Numbered from the stretch's first letter, positions 51,521 through 61,060 are shown. The stretch: 64,000 nt of DNA from an uncultured Bacteroidales bacterium (GCA_900319645.1 ONPG01000008.1:643-64642); one strand, 5' to 3'. Notes: generated by a model not told the origin, from the letters alone. Translations and numbers: made by a program.

Positions 51521-53341
51521 ATGGCAACTAAGAATGATCATATTGCTCTATTGCTGAAACGGATTCCTGAAAATCCGGGAGTGTACCAGTACTTCGACAA
51601 GGACGGGCAGATAATCTATGTAGGTAAAGCCAAGAACCTTCACCGGCGGGTGAACAGCTATTTCAACAAAGATCATCAGTCCTCCAAAACGCGGCAACTC
51701 GTAGCTCATATAGCCGATATACGGTATGTAGTCGTAGATAGCGAGCAAGACGCCTTCCTCTTGGAGAACAACCTCATTAAGCAATATCAACCGCACTACA
51801 ATATCCTCCTCAAAGACGGAAAATCCTACCCTTCTATTTGTATCACACGCGAACCCTACCCTCGGATCTTCAAAACGCGAACGATCGACAAACGAGCAGG
51901 TGAATATTATGGTCCCTATAGCTTCGGGAATACGGTAGATCTGGTGTTGGAACTCATTCACAAACTCTATCCTATCCGGACATGCAACATTCCACTTTCG
52001 TCCGATTCCATCGAGAAAAACAAAGTTCGTGTGTGTCTCAAATACCACCTGCATAACTGCTGCGGTATTTGCGAAAAAAGACCCGGCAGCGAGCACTATG
52101 GGGAGTGGATTGAGCAAGCACGCAAACTGATCAAAGGAGATGCGCTTGAAATAGGGCGCCAACTGGAAGCGGAAATGTCGATGAAATCGGCAGAACTTAA
52201 GTTTGAAGAGGCGGCTGAGATCAAACACAAAATCGAGCTCCTGGACCAGTTCAAGAGCAAAACCATCATTTCCAATACACACGCAGGGGACATAGACGTG
52301 TTCGGCTACGACGAACAAGACGAAAAAGTATATATCTCCATGCTGCACGTCCATAACGGCTGTATCGTACAGGGACAAACCATCGAATATCGTCGCAAAA
52401 TGGAGGAGGAGAAAGAGGAGCTGCTGGCACTCGGTATGATGGAGCTCCGCGAGCGTTTGGAGAGTACGACAAAAGAGGTAATTGTTCCGTTCATACCGGA
52501 CGTATTTGATGATACCATGCATATCCACATAGCCTTGAGCGGGGACAGAAAAAAACTCCTTGATCTCGCTATGCAGAACGTACGCCAATACAAAATGGAC
52601 CGCCTTAAGCAGGAGGACAAACTCAACCCCGAGCAGCGCGGTGTACGCATATTAAGCGAACTGCAGCAGATGATGGGGCTCCCTACTCTGCCCCGTTGGA
52701 TCGATTGCTTTGACAACTCGAATATCCAAGGTACAAACGCAGTAGCCGGGTGCGTCGTCTATCGGATGGCCAAACCGAGCAAGAGCGACTACAAGCGTTT
52801 TGAGATTAAAACCGTAGAGGGAGCGGATGACTATGCCTCGATGCGCGAGGTAGTAAGGAGAAGGTATCAGCATTTGATAGACGAAGGGGGAAAGATGCCC
52901 GATCTCATTATCGCTGATGGCGGTCTCGGACAGATGCACGCTATCCGGGAGGCTGTGGAAGACCAATTGGGGTTACATATCCCGATAGCAGGTCTTAAGA
53001 AAAACGACAAGCACCGCACTCAGACTCTCCTCTACGGCTTCCCTCCGGCGGAGATCAGTATGCCGGTGACGAGCGAGGTGTTCCGACTGCTGACCAACAT
53101 ACAGGACGAGGTGCACCGATTTGCTATCACCTACCACAAATCGAAGCGGAGCAAGGCACAGATACATAGCCAACTCGATGATATTCAAGGAGTTGGACCT
53201 GCCACCAAGCAGAAAATACTGCGTCATTTCGGCTCTGTGAAGCGCGCTGGTATGGCTAAAAAAGAAGAATGGATTGAATTGCTCGGAACTACCAAAGGAT
53301 CAGCGCTTTACGAGCATTTTCAGTCCAAAATATCCCTCTGA
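51521..53341 (+). CDS. uvrC: Excinuclease ABC subunit C
   Basis: 606-aa ORF with a GIY-YIG domain (GVYQYF...IIYVGKAKNLHRRV) and a C-terminal helix-hairpin-helix (IQGVGPATKQKIL). Confidence 0.95.
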   Translation: MATKNDHIALLLKRIPENPGVYQYFDKDGQIIYVGKAKNLHRRVNSYFNKDHQSSKTRQLVAHIADIRYVVVDSEQDAFLLENNLIKQYQPHYNILLKDGKSYPSICITREPYPRIFKTRTIDKRAGEYYGPYSFGNTVDLVLELIHKLYPIRTCNIPLSSDSIEKNKVRVCLKYHLHNCCGICEKRPGSEHYGEWIEQARKLIKGDALEIGRQLEAEMSMKSAELKFEEAAEIKHKIELLDQFKSKTIISNTHAGDIDVFGYDEQDEKVYISMLHVHNGCIVQGQTIEYRRKMEEEKEELLALGMMELRERLESTTKEVIVPFIPDVFDDTMHIHIALSGDRKKLLDLAMQNVRQYKMDRLKQEDKLNPEQRGVRILSELQQMMGLPTLPRWIDCFDNSNIQGTNAVAGCVVYRMAKPSKSDYKRFEIKTVEGADDYASMREVVRRRYQHLIDEGGKMPDLIIADGGLGQMHAIREAVEDQLGLHIPIAGLKKNDKHRTQTLLYGFPPAEISMPVTSEVFRLLTNIQDEVHRFAITYHKSKRSKAQIHSQLDDIQGVGPATKQKILRHFGSVKRAGMAKKEEWIELLGTTKGSALYEHFQSKISL

Positions 53342-53363
53342 GAATCGAATATTTATCACGAAC

Positions 53364-53822
53364 ATGAGTACTTATACGATAAAAATGAAAGAATCTCCCG
53401 TCCTTTTGAATGAGCAAGGAGAGGAAGTGAGTCCTTTGGAGATTCTGAGAAGCACGGAACCTCATCGCGTCTATGCGTTCGACGGACAGATGGGAGCCGG
53501 CAAGACCACTTTCATCAAATCGCTCTGCGAGGCAATGGGAACCATCGATATTGTCAACAGCCCCACTTTCGCCATCGTCAATGTGTACGATGTGGAACAA
53601 CCCTACAAGGGCGAGGTCTATCATTTCGACTGCTACCGCCTGAAGGACATCCGCGAGGCAATGGATTTCGGAGCAGAAGAGTATCTCTATTCCGGCAACT
53701 ACTGTTTCATCGAGTGGCCGGAGATGATAGAAGCGCTGCTGCCCGAAGATACGGTCTATATAAAAATTGTTCCACAGGAGAACGGAGACCGACAACTTAT
53801 TTTAGACAGCGCGCGCGCATGA
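53364..53822 (+). CDS. tsaE: tRNA threonylcarbamoyladenosine biosynthesis protein TsaE
   Basis: P-loop GQMGAGKTTF and a size typical of TsaE. The start was moved to the ATG at 53364, which lies after the uvrC stop. Confidence 0.85.
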   Translation: MSTYTIKMKESPVLLNEQGEEVSPLEILRSTEPHRVYAFDGQMGAGKTTFIKSLCEAMGTIDIVNSPTFAIVNVYDVEQPYKGEVYHFDCYRLKDIREAMDFGAEEYLYSGNYCFIEWPEMIEALLPEDTVYIKIVPQENGDRQLILDSARA

Positions 53823-54628
53823 GACTCCGAACCTACATACTCGTTGCCTGGATGCTGGCTGCTGCAACGGTAGCGGCTCAGGAACCAACAGCCGGCTACG
53901 GTCGTGAGCACACCAACGTGCTCAAACTCCGCGCAGGTTATGGCCGCCAACTGGACACCTATCTCAGTTTGCTGAGTTTTCAAGGTTACCAGGTGGGGCT
54001 TGGCAACGAGTGGTGGCAATCGTTCCGCCAGCCGCACTGGGAGCACGTAGGACGCGTGGATTTGAATGTCTTCCGCTATACTCCCAATCCGCCCGGCAAC
54101 CGGATCACCGGCCTGCTCATCGGCGGCGGATGGGGTGCGCTCTATCGCTGGAAATGGCTGGACGAGAGGCTGCAAGTGCATGCAGGGCCCTATCTGGAAG
54201 CAGAGTTCGGAGTGCGCTATTTGGGCAACAATGTCAACAAACCGCTCTCGATGGACATAGCGGTAGATGTGAAAGCAATGGGCGGCGTCAGTTGGTCTTT
54301 CTACGGCAAGAAAAACAGTTACAGGCTCAATTACCTCATCCGAACCAATCTCATCGGGTTTGACTATGTGCCGGAATATGGGCAATCCTACTACGAGTTA
54401 TATTCTGGTGTACCGGGTATCGCCCGTTGTGCAGGTCATTGGAACCACAACACCGTCAAGCACGAACTGTCGCTGGATTTGCAGTTCCCCCACTCTACCT
54501 GGCGCGTCGGAGCAGAACACCATTTCAATAGTTACAGGACTGATTATCTGCATTTTACAACTAACCAAATAGGACTTATCGTGGGTTGTATATGGAAATA
54601 CCGCCTCCACGCCCATTCCCGCTTATGA
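53819..54628 (+). CDS. Secreted hypothetical protein, possibly an outer-membrane beta-barrel
   Basis: 269 aa from the ATG at 53819, which forms an ATGA overlap with tsaE. It has a signal peptide (MRLRTYILVAWMLAAATVAAQ) and is aromatic- and Gly-rich with a strand-like pattern. The family was not recognised with confidence. Confidence 0.6.
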   Translation: MRLRTYILVAWMLAAATVAAQEPTAGYGREHTNVLKLRAGYGRQLDTYLSLLSFQGYQVGLGNEWWQSFRQPHWEHVGRVDLNVFRYTPNPPGNRITGLLIGGGWGALYRWKWLDERLQVHAGPYLEAEFGVRYLGNNVNKPLSMDIAVDVKAMGGVSWSFYGKKNSYRLNYLIRTNLIGFDYVPEYGQSYYELYSGVPGIARCAGHWNHNTVKHELSLDLQFPHSTWRVGAEHHFNSYRTDYLHFTTNQIGLIVGCIWKYRLHAHSRL

Positions 54629-55629
54629 GAAAATTAACCAACATATTTTTTGTGTTCTTGTTTCTTGGGCTGATCTCATGCCGGGACAAAAACGAAATGG
54701 CTGCTTCTACCGATCCGGTGGATAACATAGAAGCCTTATGGCAGATTATCGACACCCGTTATTGTTATGTGGAGGAGAAAGGCTGCGACTGGAATGCCAT
54801 TCACGATGAGTATGTAGAGAAAGCCTCACAGATAGAAGCCGGACATGATTTGGAACTCTTCGACCTCTGCGCCGCTATGCTGGACTCATTACACGACGGA
54901 CATGTGAACCTGTACTCCGGGTTTGACCGTTCGTACTGCTCCGATTGGTACGATACCTACCCTGCCAATTTCAACTCAAGCCTGCAGCGTATGTATCTGA
55001 AGAACAGCCGCATAGCCGGAGGAATAGAGTATTGCGCCGTGGATAACGACAGCATAGGATATATGTATTACTCCAGTTTCAACAATTCGTTTTCCGAGAG
55101 TAGTCTGGGGTGGATTTTCTCGATTCTCCAACCATGCAAAGGTCTGATTATTGATGTTCGGAACAACGGCGGAGGCGATCTCAGTTACGCTTATTTGCTG
55201 GCAGCTCCTTTCTTCAGAGAGGATCAGACTATCGGTTACTGGCAGCATAAGACAGGTCCCGGTCACCATGATTTCTCGGATATGCAACCATTGACAGAGG
55301 AGGCGTCCCTGACAAAGCTCAAATGGGATAAACCGGTTGTGGTACTATGCAACCGTCGTACCTATTCAGCAGCAAACATGTTTGTGAATATCATGCGCTA
55401 TGCGCCTAATGCGACTCTTATAGGAGGCCGCAGCGGCGGTGGCGGAGGAATGCCGATGAGTTACGACCTGCCAATAGGCTGGATGGTACGTTTCTCGAGC
55501 GTCAGGATGTACGACCGCGACAAAAAAGATATAGAAAACGGCATCGTGCCGGACGTAGAAGTCACGCAGACCAGCACGGACCAAGATGACCTCATTGAGG
55601 CGGCTATCGCACTCATCAACACCAAATGA
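54625..55629 (+). CDS. S41-family peptidase-like lipoprotein
   Basis: 334 aa from the ATG at 54625 (ATGA overlap). It has a lipoprotein signal (LGLISC). A block resembling the S41 catalytic-Ser region is present ([12 protein letters not shown]). Confidence 0.7.
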   Translation: MRKLTNIFFVFLFLGLISCRDKNEMAASTDPVDNIEALWQIIDTRYCYVEEKGCDWNAIHDEYVEKASQIEAGHDLELFDLCAAMLDSLHDGHVNLYSGFDRSYCSDWYDTYPANFNSSLQRMYLKNSRIAGGIEYCAVDNDSIGYMYYSSFNNSFSESSLGWIFSILQPCKGLIIDVRNNGGGDLSYAYLLAAPFFREDQTIGYWQHKTGPGHHDFSDMQPLTEEASLTKLKWDKPVVVLCNRRTYSAANMFVNIMRYAPNATLIGGRSGGGGGMPMSYDLPIGWMVRFSSVRMYDRDKKDIENGIVPDVEVTQTSTDQDDLIEAAIALINTK

Positions 55630-55648
55630 ACTAATGGTAAATGACATT

Positions 55649-56296
55649 ATGATACGAGTTGAAAACATATACAAGTCTTTCGGCGAACTGGAAGTGCTGA
55701 AAGGCGTGCATCTCAGCGTGAAAAAGGGCGAGATAGTGGCTATTGTGGGCAAGTCAGGCGCAGGCAAGACCACCCTACTCCAGATTATCGGTACGTTGGA
55801 CAGACCCACCAAGGGCAAAGTGCTCATAGACGGAAAAGATGTCTTTGCACTGAATGACAAACAGTTAGCTGCTTTCCGCAACCGGCACATAGGATTCATT
55901 TTCCAGTTCCACCAGTTGCTGCCTGAGTTCACGGCTCTGGAGAACGTGTGTATCCCGGCTATGATTGCCCGCGAGAAAGAGAGCACTTACCAGCCACGGG
56001 CGGAGAAACTGCTCTCCGATCTCGGCTTAAGCGACCGCATGAACCACAAACCCAACCAACTCTCGGGAGGCGAGAAGCAGCGTGTAGCCGCAGCACGGGC
56101 GCTGATGATGAGTCCGGATATTATCCTGGCAGACGAGCCTACGGGTAGCCTGGACGAAAAGAACAAAAAAGAACTCGCGGATTTGCTTTTGCAACTGCGG
56201 AAAGAGTACGGACAGACCATTTTGCTCGTGACGCACGACAAAGAACTGGCTGCCATAGCCGACCGGATTATTGAAATTAAAGACGGACTCATCTGA
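55649..56296 (+). CDS. ABC transporter ATP-binding protein (LolD/FtsE-like)
   Basis: It has Walker A (GKSGAGKTT), the ABC signature (LSGGEKQR) and Walker B ([11 protein letters not shown]). An alternative start lies at 55634. Confidence 0.85.
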   Translation: MIRVENIYKSFGELEVLKGVHLSVKKGEIVAIVGKSGAGKTTLLQIIGTLDRPTKGKVLIDGKDVFALNDKQLAAFRNRHIGFIFQFHQLLPEFTALENVCIPAMIAREKESTYQPRAEKLLSDLGLSDRMNHKPNQLSGGEKQRVAAARALMMSPDIILADEPTGSLDEKNKKELADLLLQLRKEYGQTILLVTHDKELAAIADRIIEIKDGLI

Positions 56297-56298
56297 AA

Positions 56299-57303
56299 AT
56301 GAAAAAGCTATTTTCCATTATAATAAGTGCTTTTGCGCTCATCTCTTGTCAGAATACAAGAACCTATTTCCCCAAGGAGATAGAGCCTCAAAACATTGAA
56401 TTAGTGCGGTTTGACAACGCGCTAATGAACGTACGGGAGGAGACTGTAGAGCAGGATATCCGGGTGTTGTATGACGAGTATCCGGTCTTTATGCCGCTGT
56501 GGGTGGAGGACATACTCGGTATTCCCTCTTCGGACACCAGCGTGCTTGCCGAGCAGCTGCCGCTTTTCCTCCACGACACGCTCTACGGGTTCCAACAGAC
56601 CAACGCCCGTGAGCAGGAGCTGTTTGCGGACGTAAGCGGGCTGGAGAAATCGCTGGGAAGGGCATTTGCACGCATTCAGTGGCTCTATCCTGAAGCAGAG
56701 GTTCCTGCACTCTATCTCTTTGTATCAGGATTCCAGACGCCGATTTATTTCGGCGAAAGCCTCATAGGAATCGGGGCGGATATGTACCTCGGCAGCGACT
56801 ACGAGTATTACAACCGCGTGGTGTATGACTACCAGAAACAGACCATGCGGCCGGAGTGTATTCCGGTGGATATAGTGAGTGCGTTCCTCTTTCGCACCCT
56901 ACCCTACACCAGCACAAAAAGCCGCCTTTTGGACCAGATGCTCTATCGCGGCAAGGTCATGTATCTGACCGCGCAGATCTTCGACCAACTGCCCGGCTAT
57001 GAGGTAATGGGTTGGACGAAAGAGCAGTGGGATTGGTGTGTGAAACATGAGCGGGCTATATGGCATCTGGTGATGGACAAACGCGATTTGTTCAAGAGCG
57101 AGAGCCTTGTACTGACGAGTTATCTAAACGATGCACCTTTCACAGCAGAGATCTCGCAAGACGCTCCCGGACGACTCGGCATCTGGCTGGGCTGGCGGAT
57201 TGCGGAGAGCTATATGGAGCATAATCCCGAAGTCACCTTGCAACAGTTGATGGCGGAGGGAGACGCACAGAAGATATTAGAACAAAGTTATTACAAACCC
57301 TAA
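56299..57303 (+). CDS. gldB: GldB-like lipoprotein
   Basis: 334-aa ORF with a lipoprotein signal (ALISC). The blocks VRFDNAL and DAPGRLGIWLGWRIAESYM...LQQLM...ILEQSYYKP match my recollection of the GldB family. Confidence 0.7.
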   Translation: MKKLFSIIISAFALISCQNTRTYFPKEIEPQNIELVRFDNALMNVREETVEQDIRVLYDEYPVFMPLWVEDILGIPSSDTSVLAEQLPLFLHDTLYGFQQTNAREQELFADVSGLEKSLGRAFARIQWLYPEAEVPALYLFVSGFQTPIYFGESLIGIGADMYLGSDYEYYNRVVYDYQKQTMRPECIPVDIVSAFLFRTLPYTSTKSRLLDQMLYRGKVMYLTAQIFDQLPGYEVMGWTKEQWDWCVKHERAIWHLVMDKRDLFKSESLVLTSYLNDAPFTAEISQDAPGRLGIWLGWRIAESYMEHNPEVTLQQLMAEGDAQKILEQSYYKP

Positions 57304-57356
57304 GTCGTTCCCGCTAACAGGAAAACATAACGGGAAAAGGAAAAAATGAAAATAGC

Positions 57357-58574
57357 ATGAACAGAACAGATTTTCCGATATTGAATGAGACCGTTCACAA
57401 GCGTCCGCTGGTCTATTTGGACAATGCAGCCACAAGCCAAAAACCGCAGGCTGTGATCGATGCGATTACCGAGGCGTACACCCATTGGAACAGCAATATT
57501 CACCGCGGTGTGCATCATTTAAGCCAGGTGGCTACCCGCCACCACGAGGAGGCGCGCAAAGCGGTAGCGGAGTTTATCGGCGCAAGGTCGTCGGATGAGA
57601 TCATCTTCACCAAAGGCACAACCGACAGCCTGAATGCCTTGGCGTTTTCTTTTGGCGAGGCTTTTGTCCGCGAGGGGGATGAGATTATTGTCTCGGCTGT
57701 GGAACACCACTCAAATATCGTTCCATGGCAAATGCTCTGTGGGCGCAAGAAAGCCGTGCTCCGGCATATTCCCTTGCGTGCGGATCATACGCTCGATATA
57801 GAGGCTTTCAAAGGTCTTCTCAGCGAAAAGACGAAGCTCGTCAGCGTGGCGCATGTAAGCAATGTGCTGGGCATCATCAACCCGATAGAGGAGATTATCC
57901 GTCTGGCGCACGAGAAGAATGTGCCGGTGTGCATCGATGGCGCGCAGAGTGTGCCGCATATGTCCGTCAACGTGCAAGCGCTGGACTGCGATTTTCTGGC
58001 GTTCTCCGGACACAAGATGTACGGTCCGACAGGTATCGGCGTGCTCTACGGCAAACGCGAGTGGCTCGAACAACTGCCGCCGCACGAGGGTGGGGGAGAG
58101 ATGATCAACCATGTGCGCTGGAGCGGAACGACGTATAACGAGTTGCCCTATAAGTTCGAGGCAGGCACACCTAATTTCGTCGGCTCCTATGCGTTGCACA
58201 AGGCGATTGAATACATGCAAGCCGTTGGTTTGGAGGCGATTGAGGCGCACGAACACGAACTAACACAGTACTGTGAATCCCGTTTAGCCGCCATCGATGG
58301 CGTACATATCTATGCCGCCGGGCAAAAGAAAGCCGGTGTCATCAGCTTCAATATCAGCAATCAGCAATCAAAACTCATCCATCCCTTTGATATCGGCACG
58401 CTGCTGGACCAGCAAGGCGTAGCCGTCCGCACGGGACACCATTGTGCCGAGCCGCTGATAGACGAATTGGGCATACCGGGAACGGTGAGAGTGTCGTTCG
58501 GGCTGTACAACGACAAAGCGGATGTAGATGCTTTTATCGCCGCGCTCCAAAAGGCGATCATGATGCTCAGTTAA
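57357..58574 (+). CDS. sufS: Cysteine desulfurase, SufS-type (class V aminotransferase)
   Basis: 405-aa ORF with the PLP-lysine block SGHKMYGPTGIG and the catalytic Cys loop RTGHHCAEP. Confidence 0.9.
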   Translation: MNRTDFPILNETVHKRPLVYLDNAATSQKPQAVIDAITEAYTHWNSNIHRGVHHLSQVATRHHEEARKAVAEFIGARSSDEIIFTKGTTDSLNALAFSFGEAFVREGDEIIVSAVEHHSNIVPWQMLCGRKKAVLRHIPLRADHTLDIEAFKGLLSEKTKLVSVAHVSNVLGIINPIEEIIRLAHEKNVPVCIDGAQSVPHMSVNVQALDCDFLAFSGHKMYGPTGIGVLYGKREWLEQLPPHEGGGEMINHVRWSGTTYNELPYKFEAGTPNFVGSYALHKAIEYMQAVGLEAIEAHEHELTQYCESRLAAIDGVHIYAAGQKKAGVISFNISNQQSKLIHPFDIGTLLDQQGVAVRTGHHCAEPLIDELGIPGTVRVSFGLYNDKADVDAFIAALQKAIMMLS

Positions 58575-58578
58575 ATCA

Positions 58579-58606
58579 AAAACGGCAGCCTTTCGGTTGC
58601 CGTTTC
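58579..58606. terminator. Bidirectional terminator between convergent sufS and hsp20
   Basis: AAACGGCAGCC-TTTC-GGTTGCCGTTT, with one G-U pair. Confidence 0.6.
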
Positions 58607-58628
58607 TGTTTACCGGGTACTTTGTACT

Positions 58629-59063
58629 TTATTTGATTTCAATCTGTTTGGTCGTCTTGCCAACCACTTTCTGCAGCTTAGGCAGTTCGATGGTCAGGAT
58701 ACCATCCTCCACCTTTGCGTTGATTTCTTCCTCGTTTACATCATCCGGCAGGGTGTAACGCTGCTCATAGTTGGTGTACGAGAACTCGCGGCGCAGATAG
58801 TGCGAGTGTTTGTCTTCCTCTTTGTGCTCGAACTTGTTCTCGATGGCGACGCACAGGTTGTGGTCTTCGTCGATATGAACGCGGCAGTACTCTTTCTTTA
58901 CGCCCGGAGCTGCGAGTTCAACGATATAGGCTTTTTCTGTCTCTTTGACGTTAACCGATGGGGCAGTTGTGGTAGCTGTGTTCATCAGATCAGAGTTCAG
59001 AAACTCATCAAATACGGTCGGGAACCATCCGTTTCTACGATACATTGCAGGTGTCATAATCAA
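58629..59063 (-). CDS. Hsp20/alpha-crystallin family small heat-shock protein
   Basis: 144-aa ORF with an alpha-crystallin domain (VNVKETEKAYIVELAAPGVKK...DGILTIELPK). Confidence 0.9.
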   Translation of the reverse strand: MIMTPAMYRRNGWFPTVFDEFLNSDLMNTATTTAPSVNVKETEKAYIVELAAPGVKKEYCRVHIDEDHNLCVAIENKFEHKEEDKHSHYLRREFSYTNYEQRYTLPDDVNEEEINAKVEDGILTIELPKLQKVVGKTTKQIEIK

Positions 59064-59151
59064 ATCTCCTAAATTAAGTTAAACAATGTTTGACGTAGTT
59101 TGCGCTTCGCTGTTTGGAGAGGTTTGCGTAGTTGCGTTTCACCCTATAAAA

Positions 59152-59167
59152 GGCAATCTTTGTGCCA
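59152..59167 (-). promoter_or_regulatory. Sigma-54-like promoter element (TGGCAC-N5-TTGC) upstream of hsp20
   Basis: The minus strand reads CTGGCACAAAGATTGCC, with canonical GG/GC spacing, ~90 nt upstream of the hsp20 ATG. No TAnnTTTG motif was found in this leader. Confidence 0.4.
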
Positions 59168-59177
59168 GATAGCGAAA

Positions 59178-59240
59178 TACTGACAAAATGTCCATTTCGG
59201 GTGTCATTTTGTCCATTTCTGAGTGCCATTTTGTCCACCT
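59178..59240. repeat. Three tandem ~21-22-nt repeats containing (T)GTCCA cores
   Basis: CTGACAAAATGTCCA (59180), GTGTCATTTTGTCCA (59201) and GTGCCATTTTGTCCA (59223). On the hsp20 strand they read GAAATGGACAAAATG-like and lie directly upstream of the sigma-54-like element. Confidence 0.7.
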
Positions 59241-59294
59241 GCGTTGGGTTTGGGGAAAAGTACTGCTTTTTGGGACATACGCAAGAGAAAAATG

Positions 59295-59318
59295 AAAAAA
59301 GTGCCTGGAGCACTTTTT
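59295..59318. terminator. Small bidirectional-type terminator hairpin
   Basis: AAAAAAGTGC-CTGGA-GCACTTTTT. On the minus strand it follows the 435-aa gene and its long 3' hairpin. Confidence 0.5.
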
Positions 59319-59403
59319 CTTGTTGGAAGGTTGGAGGTAATGATAGCTCGCATGAGGAAACTTGCTTGCGAGGCGCTTTTAGCTGTCATGGTTAAGTCGT
59401 CCT

Positions 59404-59478
59404 TGGGAGATGGTCCCGTGATGGTCTTGTCTTAGGCTCGTCAGGACAAGCACCGGACCATCACGGGACCATCTCCCA
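59404..59478. repeat. 23-bp perfect inverted repeat (long hairpin) with a nested 5-bp stem
   Basis: TGGGAGATGGTCCCGTGATGGTC (59404-59426) is the exact reverse complement of 59456-59478; this was checked base by base. The inner pair TTGTC/GACAA lies at 59427-31 and 59445-49. Confidence 0.85.
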
Positions 59479-59552
59479 TCCTAAGCCCAAGCATCCACTA
59501 TCGAACACCCCTCTTGGAGCGGCAGAGCCTTCACGGGGTTTAGGGCAAAGCC

Positions 59553-60860
59553 TTAGTGGGAGCCCTCCGGCTTCTCGACTTCCACCATGATTTCGTTTTC
59601 CCAAATAGCATAGAGTTTTCCGTCCGCAATACCCCGCATCAAAATCACATCATCCCACACGGTAACGTTCTTCAGAACGGGGTGTTTGGTCATATCAAGC
59701 ACTATCGTCTCCGGCGTTTTTCCCGGCAACCGCACGGTCAGCACACATTGATGCCGGCTCATCGTCACGTCCTTCACCTCATAATCGGTTTCCTCCAGTC
59801 CTACGGCTTTGATGGCTTCCGTCGCCAGCAGCTCTTCTATCTCATCGCTGTGTTTCTCTATCCATTCCGACCCCAAAAAATCTGTATCTGCTTGGCGCAT
59901 CTTTTCGGGCAAAGGCCACGGTGCACAGGACGGCATATCGGATAGGGCCTGCAACGCCATCTCGCTTTTGTCTTCGCTCATCTGATAGCTGTAGTAGCCG
60001 TGGTGTGCCAGTTTCGCGCTTTCGGGCGACACCACACGAACGATCCCGTATCTCTCCATGAATCCCCAGCGCTGAAAAACCGCCTCACCCATTTCGGGTG
60101 CTCCGCTGGAAGTCACAGGTATCTGCAACGCGTCGTAAATAGCCACTCCTTCAGCGGACTGAACCATCAACCAGAGCATGTATCCGCCGTCCCCGTCTTG
60201 TGCCACCCACCATTGATTGCCTTTCCATACTTGGGGTTGGAACTGCCCGGCACTCTCTTCGCCCATATACAAAGGATGCGCGTAATAGCAAATCACCCGC
60301 CCGACCATATTCATCAGATGACACCATCCTCCTATACGCATGTTGCGGGCTTGTGTCAGGCTGTCAGCAGCCACGGCATGTGCCGTTTGTACGTCAGGCA
60401 AATGCCGCTGCAGCAAGGCGTCCACCTGTTGCAACACCTCTATCAGCACGTCCGAGCTCCCGTCCGCATCAGGTGTCATTCCCCGGGCTTTGGTGTAGAA
60501 CAACGCCAAGGCATAGCAATACGCCAAGGGGTCGTATCTGTTCATTCTCTCCGCCACCTCGCTTGTGTCCTTGTCCGGTTGCAGCAGTTCGGGCAGCTGC
60601 TCTGCGCGATAGAACGCCACCAATAAATCCGCCAGCCGCAGGATCTCCGGCATGATCATCAACCGCCCTTCCGTCACGTTATAGGCATGCAGGATTTGAT
60701 CCCAGAGGTTGTCCACAGCCCGTTCACCGGCAGTCCCTTGCGCCAGACGGCTGAAGACCATTTTGCTCCTTGTGCCTAATTCCGTAGCAACACGTGTGGA
60801 ACTGGAAGCAAAGAAGTTTTGCGCCATCAGTTCTTGCAATATCTCGCTTTTCGTATTCAT
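59553..60860 (-). CDS. Hypothetical protein (435 aa), no recognised domain
   Basis: Long ORF with ordinary GC content. The start was set at the ATG at 60860 (MNTKSEILQ...), because the GTG at 60890 overlaps the predicted -7 promoter element. Confidence 0.6.
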   Translation of the reverse strand: MNTKSEILQELMAQNFFASSSTRVATELGTRSKMVFSRLAQGTAGERAVDNLWDQILHAYNVTEGRLMIMPEILRLADLLVAFYRAEQLPELLQPDKDTSEVAERMNRYDPLAYCYALALFYTKARGMTPDADGSSDVLIEVLQQVDALLQRHLPDVQTAHAVAADSLTQARNMRIGGWCHLMNMVGRVICYYAHPLYMGEESAGQFQPQVWKGNQWWVAQDGDGGYMLWLMVQSAEGVAIYDALQIPVTSSGAPEMGEAVFQRWGFMERYGIVRVVSPESAKLAHHGYYSYQMSEDKSEMALQALSDMPSCAPWPLPEKMRQADTDFLGSEWIEKHSDEIEELLATEAIKAVGLEETDYEVKDVTMSRHQCVLTVRLPGKTPETIVLDMTKHPVLKNVTVWDDVILMRGIADGKLYAIWENEIMVEVEKPEGSH

Positions 60861-60889
60861 ATCTCTATTGGACTTTTTGAAATCCGGCA

Positions 60890-60920
60890 CAAAAGTACTT
60901 CTTTTCCGTCAAACTGCCAA
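60890..60920 (-). promoter_or_regulatory. Bacteroidota-type promoter (TTG-N20-TACTTTTG) for the 435-aa gene
   Basis: The minus strand reads TTGGCAGTTTGACGGAAAAGAAGTACTTTTG, ~30 nt upstream of the ATG at 60860. Confidence 0.5.
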
Positions 60921-60999
60921 ATTATTTCCTGATTTTGTCACTCTTTCGTACCAAACCAAGCCGTTTTGATACGGATACGCAATTTTTTGTGCTGATTGT

Positions 61000-61030
61000 T
61001 TGAAGCATAGCCCGAATAGCTGTATCTTTG
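61000..61030 (+). promoter_or_regulatory. Bacteroidota-type promoter (TTG-N20-TATCTTTG), first of a tandem pair
   Basis: TTGAAGCATAGCCCGAATAGCTGTATCTTTG with exact spacing. Confidence 0.5.
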
Positions 61031-61060
61031 CAAAAAAATTGAGAAATAATGCTCCGGGAT

